Assembly: GCA_963710755.1 (NCBI GenBank)
Contig: CAVQBK010000003.1
Span: forward strand, 896,001 to 960,000
Source of the DNA: an uncultured bacterium
Lineage (GTDB): Bacteria > Oederibacteriota > JAAXVQ01 > JAUVAV01
Direction of reading: 5' to 3'
Length of the DNA: 64,000 bases
The notes below the pieces were generated by a model. The model was not told the origin of the DNA. It did no database searches and saw only the letters and a list, made by a program, of their open reading frames with translations. The first letter of the stretch is position 1; every line of letters starts with the position of its first letter. The position numbers were made by a program, and so were the translations under genes. This document shows positions 50,268 through 60,085 of the stretch, one piece after another.

Positions 50268-50957
50268 ATGAAAATCGTTGGCCTGGCCGCTTCGCCGCGG
50301 CGACAGGGTAATACGCACCGGCTTTTGGCGTACTTTCTTGACAGCTGCAGCCGGCTGGGAGCACAAACTACATTTTACAGCACCTGTGACTATCGCGTGG
50401 ACTTTTGCCGGGCCTGCGAGCAGTGCATGCGTCGCGGCGACTGCCCGGTGCCAGATGATTACCTGCCCCTGCTACCCGCGATTATGGAAGCCGATGCCTT
50501 GGTGTTGGCCACCCCCAATTATGCCTTTGACTGGTCCGGTCAACTCAAAACGGTTATTGATCGCAGCCATGCTTTTCTTTATTATACCCAGGCCTTAAAG
50601 GGCAAGTACGGTGTGGGTATTTGCGTGGCCGGCCATCCGGCCATGAGCAAAGCCATTGCCAAGCGGTGCGGCCAAGCGGTCTGGTTATGCGGAGGGGCCT
50701 ATGTAGGCGCCTTGACCGGTATTTCCAAACACCGTGATAAAAAAGGATTTATCCACGAAAAAAAAGTCTATGCCCAAGCAGATAAAATAGCCCAACGCCT
50801 GGTTCATGCCATTCAAACTCACCGGCCCTATGGCCTCCAACAATGGTTGCGTGAAACCTTCATTGTTTCCAAATTAAAAAAAATATTTACCCGACGGCAA
50901 CAGGAATTTCCTTATGTCTATCAGCGTTTGTGCCAAAGCGTGAAGTACCAGGATTAA
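50268..50957 (+). CDS. Flavodoxin family / iron-sulfur flavoprotein (NADPH-dependent FMN reductase-like)
   Basis: 'SPRR.GNT', Cx2Cx2Cx5C 'CRACEQCMRRGDC', 'TPNY', 'LK..IDR'. Confidence 0.85.
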   Translation: MKIVGLAASPRRQGNTHRLLAYFLDSCSRLGAQTTFYSTCDYRVDFCRACEQCMRRGDCPVPDDYLPLLPAIMEADALVLATPNYAFDWSGQLKTVIDRSHAFLYYTQALKGKYGVGICVAGHPAMSKAIAKRCGQAVWLCGGAYVGALTGISKHRDKKGFIHEKKVYAQADKIAQRLVHAIQTHRPYGLQQWLRETFIVSKLKKIFTRRQQEFPYVYQRLCQSVKYQD

Positions 50958-51088
50958 CCTGGTGCCCAGGAGAAGCGCCTGGGGAAGTTATTTTTTCCTG
51001 GCCAATCGGGAAATAGCTTTGTAAAGTGAATCTGATTTAAGCGGCCTTGTCAGGAGAGACACCAGCAACCATCGGGAGGAAAAAAACC

Positions 51089-51955
51089 ATGAACATCCGG
51101 CTATCTGTAGCAGGGCTTTTTTTACTGGCTTTTTTCGGCGGACTTTCAGTAGTACAAGGGGAAGAATCGCAAACCAATGGGTCTGGTCCCTGGGATCGGG
51201 AATTGATTATTCAGATTAACCTGGCGCAAAACAGTTTTGATAACTGGGTGAGCGGCGGCGACAATGCCCTGACCTGGCAAGGGCTGATAAGAGGTCATCT
51301 CAATTACAACCAAGACGCTTGGAGCTGGAAGCAGCGTACTCGGCTTGTATACGGTCAAACCCAGGTGAACAATGACGCTGTGAAAAAAAACGGCGATGAA
51401 ATCATGGTGGAGGAAATGGGAACTTACCGCTTGAAATCTTGGCTGACGCCCTTTATGGCGGTCAAATGGCAAACTCAATTTACGGAAGGCTACGATTACA
51501 GCCAGACACCGGCCGTGGCCGTCTCGAATTTTATGGATCCCGGGTATCTGACGGAAAGCATTGGACTCAGCTATGAAATAAAAAAAGTTTTTTCCACCCG
51601 CCTGGGTTTTGCAGCCAAGCAAACCTTTGCCAACCAATTTGCCGCTCTATATAGTGACCGCAAAGACACCACTCAGGTGGAACAGGTAAAAAATGACTTG
51701 GGTATGGAATCCGTGACCACCGTAGCCTGGCAACTCGACGATCACACGCTGTTGACCTCGGGTCTGACTTTGTTTTCATCGCTGGATGCCATTGACCGCA
51801 CTGATGTGAATTGGGAAAATCAACTGGTGGCTCAACTCAACAGTTTTTTGAATGTCAATTTCAGTGTCGATCTGGTCTATGACCATGATATCTCCGCCAA
51901 ACGTCAGCTCAAGGAAATTTTGGGCCTGGGCCTAACCTATACCCTGATTAAGTAG
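51089..51955 (+). CDS. DUF3078 family outer-membrane protein
   Basis: Signal peptide; 'Q.SFDNW..GG.N', 'TQF..GY', 'F..PGY'; C-terminal 'YD.D.S..RQLKE.LGLGL.Y'. Confidence 0.8.
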   Translation: MNIRLSVAGLFLLAFFGGLSVVQGEESQTNGSGPWDRELIIQINLAQNSFDNWVSGGDNALTWQGLIRGHLNYNQDAWSWKQRTRLVYGQTQVNNDAVKKNGDEIMVEEMGTYRLKSWLTPFMAVKWQTQFTEGYDYSQTPAVAVSNFMDPGYLTESIGLSYEIKKVFSTRLGFAAKQTFANQFAALYSDRKDTTQVEQVKNDLGMESVTTVAWQLDDHTLLTSGLTLFSSLDAIDRTDVNWENQLVAQLNSFLNVNFSVDLVYDHDISAKRQLKEILGLGLTYTLIK

Positions 51956-51968
51956 TTTTTTTTAAAAG

Positions 51969-52997
51969 CTAAGGCAGACGCTGGGAGCCGTGGAGATGTT
52001 GAAGGACCTCCTGATAACGGCGATGCAAGGATTGGTAGCGTTGAGCCTCGGCCGGGAAATGTTCCTGATAAATAGCCAAGGCCCGGCGGAACAAGCTGGC
52101 CGCCTCGGACCATTGGTTCTGGCTGGAAAAAATAGAACCCAAGAGCTCCATATCCTGAGCCACCCGGGGATGCAATTTACCGCGGTAGTCCTGGTCAAAG
52201 GTGAGCAATTGTTCTGCAAGTGGCCGGGCTTGCTGGAAACGCCGATCTTGCACATAGAGACTTACCAGATTAAACAGAGACTGGCTGTAATTCTCAACGT
52301 TCATTATGGGCGCGGCTACACTGAGTAATTGAAAGCGCCGGGTGGCCAGGGCGATGGCCTCCTTGAGACGGTTTTGGCGACGGTAGATATTTTCCAAACT
52401 TAAAAGATAACTGTTTAACTCAGGATGATTTGGACCCAACCGTTTTTCCTGCTCCTGCAGCAGGGTTTGGTATAATGACTCAGCCTGTTTATCTTTGTTC
52501 TGAGCTTCATAAATAACGGCCAAGTTAGACATGACCTCCAGCAGTAACGGATGGTGGGCCGGAAACTGGGCGGTAATTATGCTCAAGCCCCGCTGGCCAT
52601 AGGCCTCAGCCTTGCCATAATGGCCTTCATAACGAAGCAATTCGGACAGTCGCAGACACAATAAGCCCACTTGGGCATGCGTGGGGCCAAGGCGCATTTC
52701 TTCAGCTGTCAGCATCTGATAGAGCACCGCTTCTGCCTGCGGGTATTGTCCGGTAATGGAGTAAAGAAAAACCAGATTATTCATGGCCAAGTCCACATAA
52801 GCCTGGTCCTCGGCAAACAGGGTTCGGGCCAGGTCCAGGGATTGCCTGGCCAGGGCAATGGATTGCTGGTAATGGCCCTCGTGAAAGGCTTTGGCTGTGT
52901 CGCGGTTTATTTTATTCCATTGCTCAAAGGGGGTGCAACCAACCATGATCATGGTTAAAGTCAGAATTAATGCTGGAAATAACCTGATTAAGCGCAT
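51969..52997 (-). CDS. Tetratricopeptide-repeat lipoprotein
   Basis: Lipobox 'MVGC'; kinesin-light-chain-like TPR repeats 'NNL..LY...G.Y..AE', 'LGP.HP'. Confidence 0.85.
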   Translation of the reverse strand: MRLIRLFPALILTLTMIMVGCTPFEQWNKINRDTAKAFHEGHYQQSIALARQSLDLARTLFAEDQAYVDLAMNNLVFLYSITGQYPQAEAVLYQMLTAEEMRLGPTHAQVGLLCLRLSELLRYEGHYGKAEAYGQRGLSIITAQFPAHHPLLLEVMSNLAVIYEAQNKDKQAESLYQTLLQEQEKRLGPNHPELNSYLLSLENIYRRQNRLKEAIALATRRFQLLSVAAPIMNVENYSQSLFNLVSLYVQDRRFQQARPLAEQLLTFDQDYRGKLHPRVAQDMELLGSIFSSQNQWSEAASLFRRALAIYQEHFPAEAQRYQSLHRRYQEVLQHLHGSQRLP

Positions 52998-53150
52998 GCC
53001 TGCTCCTGGACGGAAAACTTGGCCCCTTCAATTAGACGCTGAGCATCTGTATTCCTAGGGTCGGCCATAACCCGGTCTTGAGTTAAGCTTTTGGGATTAA
53101 GGAAAATTAAAGAAAATTAAAGAAAAAGGTCAATGACGCTCATAAAATAC

Positions 53151-53179
53151 TTGACTAAAAACCCGGCCTTGAGTATATT
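53151..53179 (+). promoter_or_regulatory. Sigma70-type promoter for rplU-rpmA
   Basis: TTGACT - 17 bp - TATATT. Confidence 0.6.
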
Positions 53180-53229
53180 ACTGTCTCTTTTGTCAGGAAC
53201 GGTCGTCCCGTAAGCGGAGGTAGAACATT

Positions 53230-53544
53230 ATGTACGCTGTTATTGAAACCGGTGGAAAACAGTATAAAGTCGATAAAGGCCAGATGATCCAGGTAGAACG
53301 CCTGGACGCTGAGGTCGGTAAGACTGTGGAATTGGAGCGGGTGCTGCTGCTGCATGACGGCGAAGCAGTTACCGTCGGCCGTCCCGTGGTGGAGGGCGCC
53401 AAAGTAGTGGCGCAAGTCATCCGCCAAGGACGGGCTAAAAAAGTCTTGAGTTATAAATATCTGCCGCGTAAACATTCCGCCACCATTCGCGGTCATCGTC
53501 AATATTACACCCAGTTAAAAATTATGGATGTGGTGAAAGGTTAA
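53230..53544 (+). CDS. rplU: 50S ribosomal protein L21
   Basis: 'MYAVIETGGKQYKV', 'GHRQ.YT'. Confidence 0.98.
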   Translation: MYAVIETGGKQYKVDKGQMIQVERLDAEVGKTVELERVLLLHDGEAVTVGRPVVEGAKVVAQVIRQGRAKKVLSYKYLPRKHSATIRGHRQYYTQLKIMDVVKG

Positions 53545-53559
53545 CAGGAGGATAAATCC

Positions 53560-53832
53560 ATGGCTCATAAAAAAGGGCAAGGTTCATCATCAAACGGTCG
53601 CGATTCTGTCGGCCGCAGATTGGGATGCAAACATTTTTCCGGTGAAGTGGTCAAAGCCGGAAGCATTCTGGTGCGTCAACGGGGCACTAAATTCAGACCA
53701 GGTAAAAACGTAGGTATCGGTCGTGATGACACTCTGTTTGCCAAAGTGAATGGCGTGGTGCTTTTTGAAGGCACTGATCATGGCCGGCGCTTTATCTCCG
53801 TGGTGGTACCTGAAGCCAGCACGGCCCAATAA
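53560..53832 (+). CDS. rpmA: 50S ribosomal protein L27
   Basis: '[19 protein letters not shown]', 'ILVRQRGT', 'G.GRDDTLFA'. Confidence 0.98.
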   Translation: MAHKKGQGSSSNGRDSVGRRLGCKHFSGEVVKAGSILVRQRGTKFRPGKNVGIGRDDTLFAKVNGVVLFEGTDHGRRFISVVVPEASTAQ

Positions 53833-53850
53833 GGTTACATGTCTGCTTAT

Positions 53851-53884
53851 GCCCTAAGGTCATTGACCTTAGGGCTTTTTTTTT
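53851..53884 (+). terminator. Rho-independent terminator after rpmA
   Basis: GCCCTAAGGTC-ATT-GACCTTAGGGC followed by T9. Confidence 0.85.
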
Positions 53885-54022
53885 ACCGTTAAAATCATGG
53901 TTAATCCGAAATCCAATCGGGAGATATCGGTAACCCTTTCCTTTTCTGGGAAAGGGTTACCTCAGTACGCTGCACTTGAGTACGGCGTACTTTATTAGGC
54001 AAAGAAAGAGGCGTTGGGCACA

Positions 54023-55303
54023 ATGCATAAAACGATGTTTATAGACCGCGCGGTTATCACCGTAGTGGCCGGTAAAGGCGGCGACGGGTCCTCTCACTTT
54101 CACCGGGAAAAATTCGTGCCTTTGGGGGGCCCCGACGGTGGTGACGGTGGCAAAGGCGGGGATATTATATTCCAAGCCGAGTCGGGATTGAAAACCTTGG
54201 TGGATTTTTCCTTTAAGCGCAGCTTTGAGGCGGAGCCGGGCCGTCCCGGGCGGGGCCGAAAAATGTACGGCCGCCACGGCAAGGACTGCCTGATTAAAGT
54301 GCCGCAAGGAACCCTGGTCTTTACCCGCGACGGCGAGCAGGTGGCGGATTTAAGCACAGCTCATGAGCAAGTGATTGTGGCCAAAGGCGGTCGTGGCGGG
54401 CGGGGTAACGTGCATTTTGCCACGGCCCTTAAGCGTGCGCCCAAACTGGCGGAAAAAGGCGAGCCGGGCGAAGAAAAAGAGTTGATTTTGGAACTCAAGC
54501 TGCTTGCGGATGTGGGGCTGGTGGGCCTGCCCAATGCCGGCAAATCCACCTTGCTTAAAGCTGTTTCTGCCGCCAATCCCAAAATCGCCGATTATCCTTT
54601 TACCACCTTAACGCCTAATTTGGGACGGGTACGCCTGGATGAAGGTGCCAGCTTTGTCATCGTGGATATTCCCGGACTGATTGAAGGCGCCAGCCAGGGT
54701 CTTGGTTTGGGCCATGAGTTCCTTCGCCATATTGAGCGTAATCGTCTTTTAATCCATGTGGTGGATGTGGGGTTCCCGGAAGTCCATCCCATCGAGGATT
54801 TTGAGGTACTCACTCAAGAACTGGCCGCCTATAATAAGGCCCTGCTAAAACGGCCACAACTGGTGGCCTTAAACAAAGTAGATTTGGTTCAAGATCCGCA
54901 GCTATTACCGGAATTGATGGCCTATTTTAAAAAGAAAAAACTGCAGGTCTTTCCCATCTCGGCAGCCACTAACCAGGGTCTGGACCAACTTATGCAAGCT
55001 GCTAATGAACTGCTTAAGACCATTCCCCAGGAGGCCTTGTTGCCGCCTGTTCACCATGCTGCGGTCAAGGCTCCGGCAGCACGCTTCATCATTATTCCCC
55101 TGGGACCGGGCGCATGGGAAGTCAAGGGCAAGGAAGTGGAAAAATGGGTGGCCATGACGGATTTTGACAATGAAGAAGCGGTTAAAAAATTGAAGGACAT
55201 TTTTGACCGCATTGGCCTTACCCAGGGGTTTCAGGAACACCAGTTCCACAACGGTGATACCATCAAAGTAGGTCATGAAGAATTCATTTATCAGGAAGAT
55301 TAA
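54023..55303 (+). CDS. obgE: GTPase ObgE/CgtA with C-terminal DUF1967 domain
   Basis: 'FIDRA.I...AGKGGDG', 'GGPDGGDGG.GG', 'GLPNAGKST', 'YPFTTL.PNLG', 'DIPGL', 'NKVD'. Confidence 0.97.
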   Translation: MHKTMFIDRAVITVVAGKGGDGSSHFHREKFVPLGGPDGGDGGKGGDIIFQAESGLKTLVDFSFKRSFEAEPGRPGRGRKMYGRHGKDCLIKVPQGTLVFTRDGEQVADLSTAHEQVIVAKGGRGGRGNVHFATALKRAPKLAEKGEPGEEKELILELKLLADVGLVGLPNAGKSTLLKAVSAANPKIADYPFTTLTPNLGRVRLDEGASFVIVDIPGLIEGASQGLGLGHEFLRHIERNRLLIHVVDVGFPEVHPIEDFEVLTQELAAYNKALLKRPQLVALNKVDLVQDPQLLPELMAYFKKKKLQVFPISAATNQGLDQLMQAANELLKTIPQEALLPPVHHAAVKAPAARFIIIPLGPGAWEVKGKEVEKWVAMTDFDNEEAVKKLKDIFDRIGLTQGFQEHQFHNGDTIKVGHEEFIYQED

Positions 55304-55392
55304 ACTCTGTGGCCGGCGGTCCGGAAGCGTGTTAATTCACTGGCTTAAGCCCGGCGCTCATACTATAATTTTTGAAAAACCTCAGGATGGCC

Positions 55393-56526
55393 ATGGATAA
55401 GCGCTATTTGTTAAAAAAATGCAAACGTATCGTCGTTAAAATCGGATCTGCCCTCTTGACTGATGAGCAGGGGTTGCTCAAAACCCGGTTCATGGGCAAA
55501 CTGGCCAAGGAAATCAACTTGCTCAGGAGTCAAGGCCGTGAAGTGATTCTGGTCAGTTCCGGTGCCATTGCCGCGGGCTTGCAGGTCATGAAGAAACCGC
55601 GCCGTCTGGCCACTATTCCCGCCAAACAAGCCATGGCCGCCATTGGTCAACCAAGGTTAATGCAAGCCTACAGCCGTGCCTTTGGGCGCCAGGGGCTGCA
55701 CGTGGCACAGGTACTGCTGACCTCGGAAGACATCCATCACCGGGAACGCTACGCCCATGCCCGCAATGCGCTCTTGGAAATATTGAAGCAAAAGGTAATT
55801 CCCATCTTTAATGAAAACGACACGGTGGCAGTCAGTGAGATCAAATTCGGCAATAATGATATTCTCTCCGCCCATATTACCAACTTGGCGGAAGCAGATG
55901 CACTGGTGATCCTGACCGATGTGGATGGGCTCTATACTCATAATCCTCGCCTTAATCCTCAGGCCCGTCTGGTTGGGGAAGTGGAAAAAATAGACGCCTC
56001 CATTGTTGCCATGGCCTCCGGCCATGGCAACAGCTTGGGCACGGGCGGTATGACCTCTAAACTTAAAGCTGCCGAGAATGTGGTGGGCTTTGGCGAAGAA
56101 ATGATCATTGCCAATGGCCGGCTACCGCTGGTGTTACCCCGGATTATGACCGGTGAGCCCATTGGTACTATATTTTATCCTCGCGGCGATAAGTTGGCAG
56201 CCCGTAAAAGCTGGATTGCCTTTGCCCTCAAAGCCAGAGGCAGCCTGCAATTGGACCAGGGTGCCTGGCAAGCCATCAAAAATCAAGGCAGGAGCCTTCT
56301 GCCTTCAGGCGTCAAAAGCGTAAGCGGTGCGTTCCGCCAAGGTGATTGTGTGGAACTCAAAGATCAGCAAGGCCGTGTCTTTGCCCGGGGTCTGATCAAT
56401 TATGATGCCCAGGCCGTGCAAGCTCTGCTGGGGGCTAAAACCTCGGAAATTGAGGACCGTCTTGGTTATAAAAATAGTGACGAGTTGATCCACCGTAATG
56501 ACCTGGTGGTGCTCAATTCAGATTAA
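55393..56526 (+). CDS. proB: Glutamate 5-kinase (with PUA domain)
   Basis: 'VVKIGS', 'VSSGA', 'A.GQ', 'NENDTV', 'GTGGM.SK', 'SLLP.G', 'IHR.DL'. Confidence 0.96.
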   Translation: MDKRYLLKKCKRIVVKIGSALLTDEQGLLKTRFMGKLAKEINLLRSQGREVILVSSGAIAAGLQVMKKPRRLATIPAKQAMAAIGQPRLMQAYSRAFGRQGLHVAQVLLTSEDIHHRERYAHARNALLEILKQKVIPIFNENDTVAVSEIKFGNNDILSAHITNLAEADALVILTDVDGLYTHNPRLNPQARLVGEVEKIDASIVAMASGHGNSLGTGGMTSKLKAAENVVGFGEEMIIANGRLPLVLPRIMTGEPIGTIFYPRGDKLAARKSWIAFALKARGSLQLDQGAWQAIKNQGRSLLPSGVKSVSGAFRQGDCVELKDQQGRVFARGLINYDAQAVQALLGAKTSEIEDRLGYKNSDELIHRNDLVVLNSD

Positions 56527-56580
56527 ACTCAAAAATGACAGGCCCTGTCCTTGGCGATGTGGGCGCTGAAGGAGGACAAT

Positions 56581-57837
56581 ATGTCTTTACGTAATGACAT
56601 TATCAAGCTGGCCACCGCAGCCAAAGCAGCAGCGCGCCAATTGGCCGGTGCCAGTGCCACCCAAAAAAATCAAGCTCTGCAGTATATGGCCGAACACTTG
56701 TGGGTTCATCGCCAGGAAATCATGGACGCCAATCAACGCGATTTGGCGGCCGCCAAAGAAGCCGGTACCAGCGGCGCTCTGCTGGACCGGTTGACGCTGA
56801 ATGACCAGCGCATTCAGGCCATGGCCACGGGGCTGCGCGAGATCGCGGAACTGCCCGATCCGGTGGGGGAAGTGGAGCATGAAATCGTACGGCCCAACGG
56901 CTTACGCATAGGCAAAAGGCGAGTGCCTTTGGGCGTGCTGGGCATGGTCTATGAAGCCCGTCCTAATGTCACCGCCGATGCGGCCGGCTTATGCCTGAAA
57001 TCAGGCAATGCCGTCATTCTGCGCGGCGGCAGTGAAGCCAGCCATAGCAATGCAGCCATCGGCAAGTGGGTGGCCGAAGGCGTCGTTCAGGCCGGATTGC
57101 CCGCAGCCAGCGTGCAGGTGATAGCCACCACAGACCGTCAAGCTGTAACGGAATTACTGACCCTGGACGGATATATTGATTGCGTCATTCCCCGGGGCGG
57201 ACGGTCCTTTTTGAATTGGGTGGCCACTACGGCTACGGTCCCGGTCATCCGCCATGGCGATGGCAATTGTCATGTTTACATTGATGCCACCGCTGATTTG
57301 GAAATGGCGTCAGATATTACCTTTAACGCCAAGGTCCAGCGTCCAGGCGTTTGCAATGCCGTTGAAACCTTGCTGGTGCATCAAGATATCGCCGATGCGC
57401 TTTTGCCGTTATTATTACCCCGGCTGGAAGAGGCAGACGTGGAACTTAGGGGATGTGAACGAACCAAAGCTATTTATCCCCAGGTCAACCCTGCCACGGA
57501 GCAGGATTGGGCCACTGAGTTTTTAGAGTTGATCCTGGCTGTTCGCGTTGTGGATGATCTGAAGGCCGCTGTGGACCACATTGCCCAATACGGCAGCGGC
57601 CATTCGGAAGCCATTGTGACCAGTGATTATTTTAATGCCGAACGCTTTTTAAATGAAGTGGATGCAGCTTCGGTTTTTGTCAATGCTTCCACTCGTTTTG
57701 CCGATGGCGGGGAATTCGGCCTGGGGGCGGAGATCGGCATTTCCACGCAAAAACTGCACGCTCGCGGGCCCATGGGCATCCGGGAACTGACCACCACCAA
57801 GTACGTGGTGCGTGGCCAGGGACAGATTCGAAAATAG
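56581..57837 (+). CDS. proA: Gamma-glutamyl phosphate reductase
   Basis: 'LDRL.L', 'VPLGV', 'YEARPNVT', 'LRGGSEA', 'IPRGG', 'CNAVETLL', 'NASTRF.DG', 'ISTQKLHARGP'. Confidence 0.97.
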   Translation: MSLRNDIIKLATAAKAAARQLAGASATQKNQALQYMAEHLWVHRQEIMDANQRDLAAAKEAGTSGALLDRLTLNDQRIQAMATGLREIAELPDPVGEVEHEIVRPNGLRIGKRRVPLGVLGMVYEARPNVTADAAGLCLKSGNAVILRGGSEASHSNAAIGKWVAEGVVQAGLPAASVQVIATTDRQAVTELLTLDGYIDCVIPRGGRSFLNWVATTATVPVIRHGDGNCHVYIDATADLEMASDITFNAKVQRPGVCNAVETLLVHQDIADALLPLLLPRLEEADVELRGCERTKAIYPQVNPATEQDWATEFLELILAVRVVDDLKAAVDHIAQYGSGHSEAIVTSDYFNAERFLNEVDAASVFVNASTRFADGGEFGLGAEIGISTQKLHARGPMGIRELTTTKYVVRGQGQIRK

Positions 57838-57872
57838 GAAATAGAGAATCGGAAATTGAGAGAAGAGCGATA

Positions 57873-58487
57873 ATGAATATCGGGATTTTTGGAGGGACTT
57901 TCGATCCCATCCACGTGGGGCATTTACGGGCAGCCGAAGAAGTGGCCGAAAAATGTCACCTGGATGAAGTGCTGTTTGTACCAGCCGGCCGGCCGCCTCA
58001 TCGGCGATCACCGTTGGCTGCGCCTGATCACCGCCTGGCCATGACCCGCTTGGCTATTAAAAAAAATCCGAAATTCAGAATCTCAACTTTGGAAATAGAC
58101 AAATCCAGCAAAGCCTATACCATTGAAACCGTGCGCACTCTGGTGCAGCGCCGGCCCCTGGATCGCTTCCATCTTATCTTGGGCGCAGACCAATGCATGC
58201 TTTTCCAGCAATGGCACGAACCAAACCAGCTGTTAAAACTTTGTAAAGTGATTGCCATGTCCAGACCGGGCTTATCCCTGGTGGATGTACAACGAGTCTT
58301 GGCACCACTGGTGAACCACGATCTGGACAGTCATGTGAGGATGATCAATGTCTGCCAACTGGATATCTCCTCCACGGATATTCGGCACCGGTTGCAGCAA
58401 AGCCGCTCCATCCGTTATCTAGTCACACCGGAAGTGGAGACCTATATTCATACCCATCATTTATACACCTCTTCAGCTATCCTCTAA
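57873..58487 (+). CDS. nadD: Nicotinate-nucleotide adenylyltransferase
   Basis: 'GGTFDPIHVGH', 'PPHR', 'YTIET', 'GAD...F..W', 'ISST.IR'. Confidence 0.95.
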   Translation: MNIGIFGGTFDPIHVGHLRAAEEVAEKCHLDEVLFVPAGRPPHRRSPLAAPDHRLAMTRLAIKKNPKFRISTLEIDKSSKAYTIETVRTLVQRRPLDRFHLILGADQCMLFQQWHEPNQLLKLCKVIAMSRPGLSLVDVQRVLAPLVNHDLDSHVRMINVCQLDISSTDIRHRLQQSRSIRYLVTPEVETYIHTHHLYTSSAIL

Positions 58488-58543
58488 AGTTCCCCCTCAG
58501 CCTGGCCGAGACTCTGTCTAACAAATTCATTCCAGGTGAAGTT

Positions 58544-59308
58544 ATGTTCGGTGAATTAAGCAATGTCAGTGTAGGCGGAATGCTACGGCTCATTTCCGCG
58601 TTCAACCAAACCGGTCGGCTCAAGGTGCGCGGTGAAGACGGCCAAGGCGAAATTTATCTGGAATCAGGCCGTATTGTAGGTACCGGCAAACCCAACAAGG
58701 ACATCGGTACGGAAGTGCTGCGCCTGCTGCTGTTGAAGAAAGGCTTTTTTCACTTCCAAGCCATGGAGGCCATTCCGTCTGACAAAGCCAACGGCATGGC
58801 CGAAGACGTGGAGAATCTTATTATTGAGGCCTCGCGTCGTTGTGATGCCGAGGAAGCGCAAGAGTATTTGCCTTCTTTGGAAACCGTGGTGCAGTTGGCG
58901 CCCATTCAAGGCGAGCGGTCTCAGATTCAAATCAAATTGCAAAAAGACGAATGGAATATGCTGACTAGGATCAATGGGGAAGATCCCATCATCACCATTA
59001 TCGAAAAAAGCAAGCTGGAGCAGGGGCGGGCCATCCAGATTTTTTACGGACTCTTGTCCGCCGGGATCATTCGTAAAATCCGTTTTAAAATTCCACGGGT
59101 CATGGAGATTGCCAACCAGGAGCTGGGCAATATGGGCGAGGCCCTGGTGCGTCAGGCTTTTCGCAAATTGAAACTCGATCAGAGCCGTATGCACATGAAA
59201 GAATTAATTGCACTCTTAAATGAACTGGAAAGAAGCATTACTCTGCTCTTGGGACCAACCCGCGCCGGCCATGTAATCGGACTGATGTGGGAAGGGTCAA
59301 AACGCTGA
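58544..59308 (+). CDS. DUF4388 (PatA-N-like) domain protein
   Basis: 'G.LS..S...L.LI....QTG.L.V....G.IYLE.G.IV', 'G.F.F', 'LI.EA.RR.D', 'EW..L..I.G'; helical C-terminal domain. Confidence 0.75.
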   Translation: MFGELSNVSVGGMLRLISAFNQTGRLKVRGEDGQGEIYLESGRIVGTGKPNKDIGTEVLRLLLLKKGFFHFQAMEAIPSDKANGMAEDVENLIIEASRRCDAEEAQEYLPSLETVVQLAPIQGERSQIQIKLQKDEWNMLTRINGEDPIITIIEKSKLEQGRAIQIFYGLLSAGIIRKIRFKIPRVMEIANQELGNMGEALVRQAFRKLKLDQSRMHMKELIALLNELERSITLLLGPTRAGHVIGLMWEGSKR

Positions 59309-59324
59309 CCATTGAGGTGAGGGT

Positions 59325-59708
59325 ATGAATGAACAGATGTGGGAAGCGGCCAGTTATCTGGTGGCCATCTTTGGCAGCATTTTATTATGGATCAATTACG
59401 CGCTCTTTGGGCTGATCGCCCGGCGCTATGGCCAGGTGTTTGGGAAGATCACGTACAGTTCCTTGCTCATTTTGGCTCCCACTGGTTTGCTGGTTTATAC
59501 ATTGTTTCTGATTTTAAAAGCCACGCCGCTGTTACAGGATGCCCAAGCTGCACAAGTCGCGGAGTGGGTGGCTTATCTGGCGCTGGTGGCCTCAGGGTTC
59601 TTTTGTCTGCTTGGCATTGCCCGGTTTTCCGGCGTGCTGGGTCAAGTCACGCGACCGGTCGCGCCTGATGAACCGGCACAGGCCGCAGCCAAAGGAGGAA
59701 ACGCATGA
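59325..59708 (+). CDS. Hypothetical membrane protein (about 3 TM)
   Basis: RBS gaggtga; three hydrophobic segments; stop overlaps the next start. Confidence 0.65.
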   Translation: MNEQMWEAASYLVAIFGSILLWINYALFGLIARRYGQVFGKITYSSLLILAPTGLLVYTLFLILKATPLLQDAQAAQVAEWVAYLALVASGFFCLLGIARFSGVLGQVTRPVAPDEPAQAAAKGGNA

Positions 59709-60076
59709 ACATGATTGAGTGGTTCCGGCATTATCCTCTGGCAGCGCTGCCTTATGAGATTGGATTTATCCTTTTGGCTTTATCCATGATTTGGTATAGT
59801 ATGGTGCTGAAAAAAATGATCGCCATTATTCACGAACGCCCTGTGTGGGTATTGCCCTTGATCGGATCGTTGTTTATTTTAGCATCAGTGGTCATGCATT
59901 CCATTGCTTACGTGGTGCTGCTACCGCAGATGGATGCCTTGAATTCCCTCGAAGAGATTAACCGGTTTAGTGCCTTCATGTTGCAATGGCGGGCTTGGTC
60001 ACTGGTAGCTATTCTCATGGGCGGCCTCTTCTCTTTGGTGGGTGGCAGCTTTTATTATCGCTGGACGACACGATAG
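59705..60076 (+). CDS. Hypothetical membrane protein (about 3 TM)
   Basis: RBS aggagg; three hydrophobic segments; ATGA overlap. Confidence 0.65.
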   Translation: MNMIEWFRHYPLAALPYEIGFILLALSMIWYSMVLKKMIAIIHERPVWVLPLIGSLFILASVVMHSIAYVVLLPQMDALNSLEEINRFSAFMLQWRAWSLVAILMGGLFSLVGGSFYYRWTTR

Positions 60077-60085
60077 GAGGCAGTG

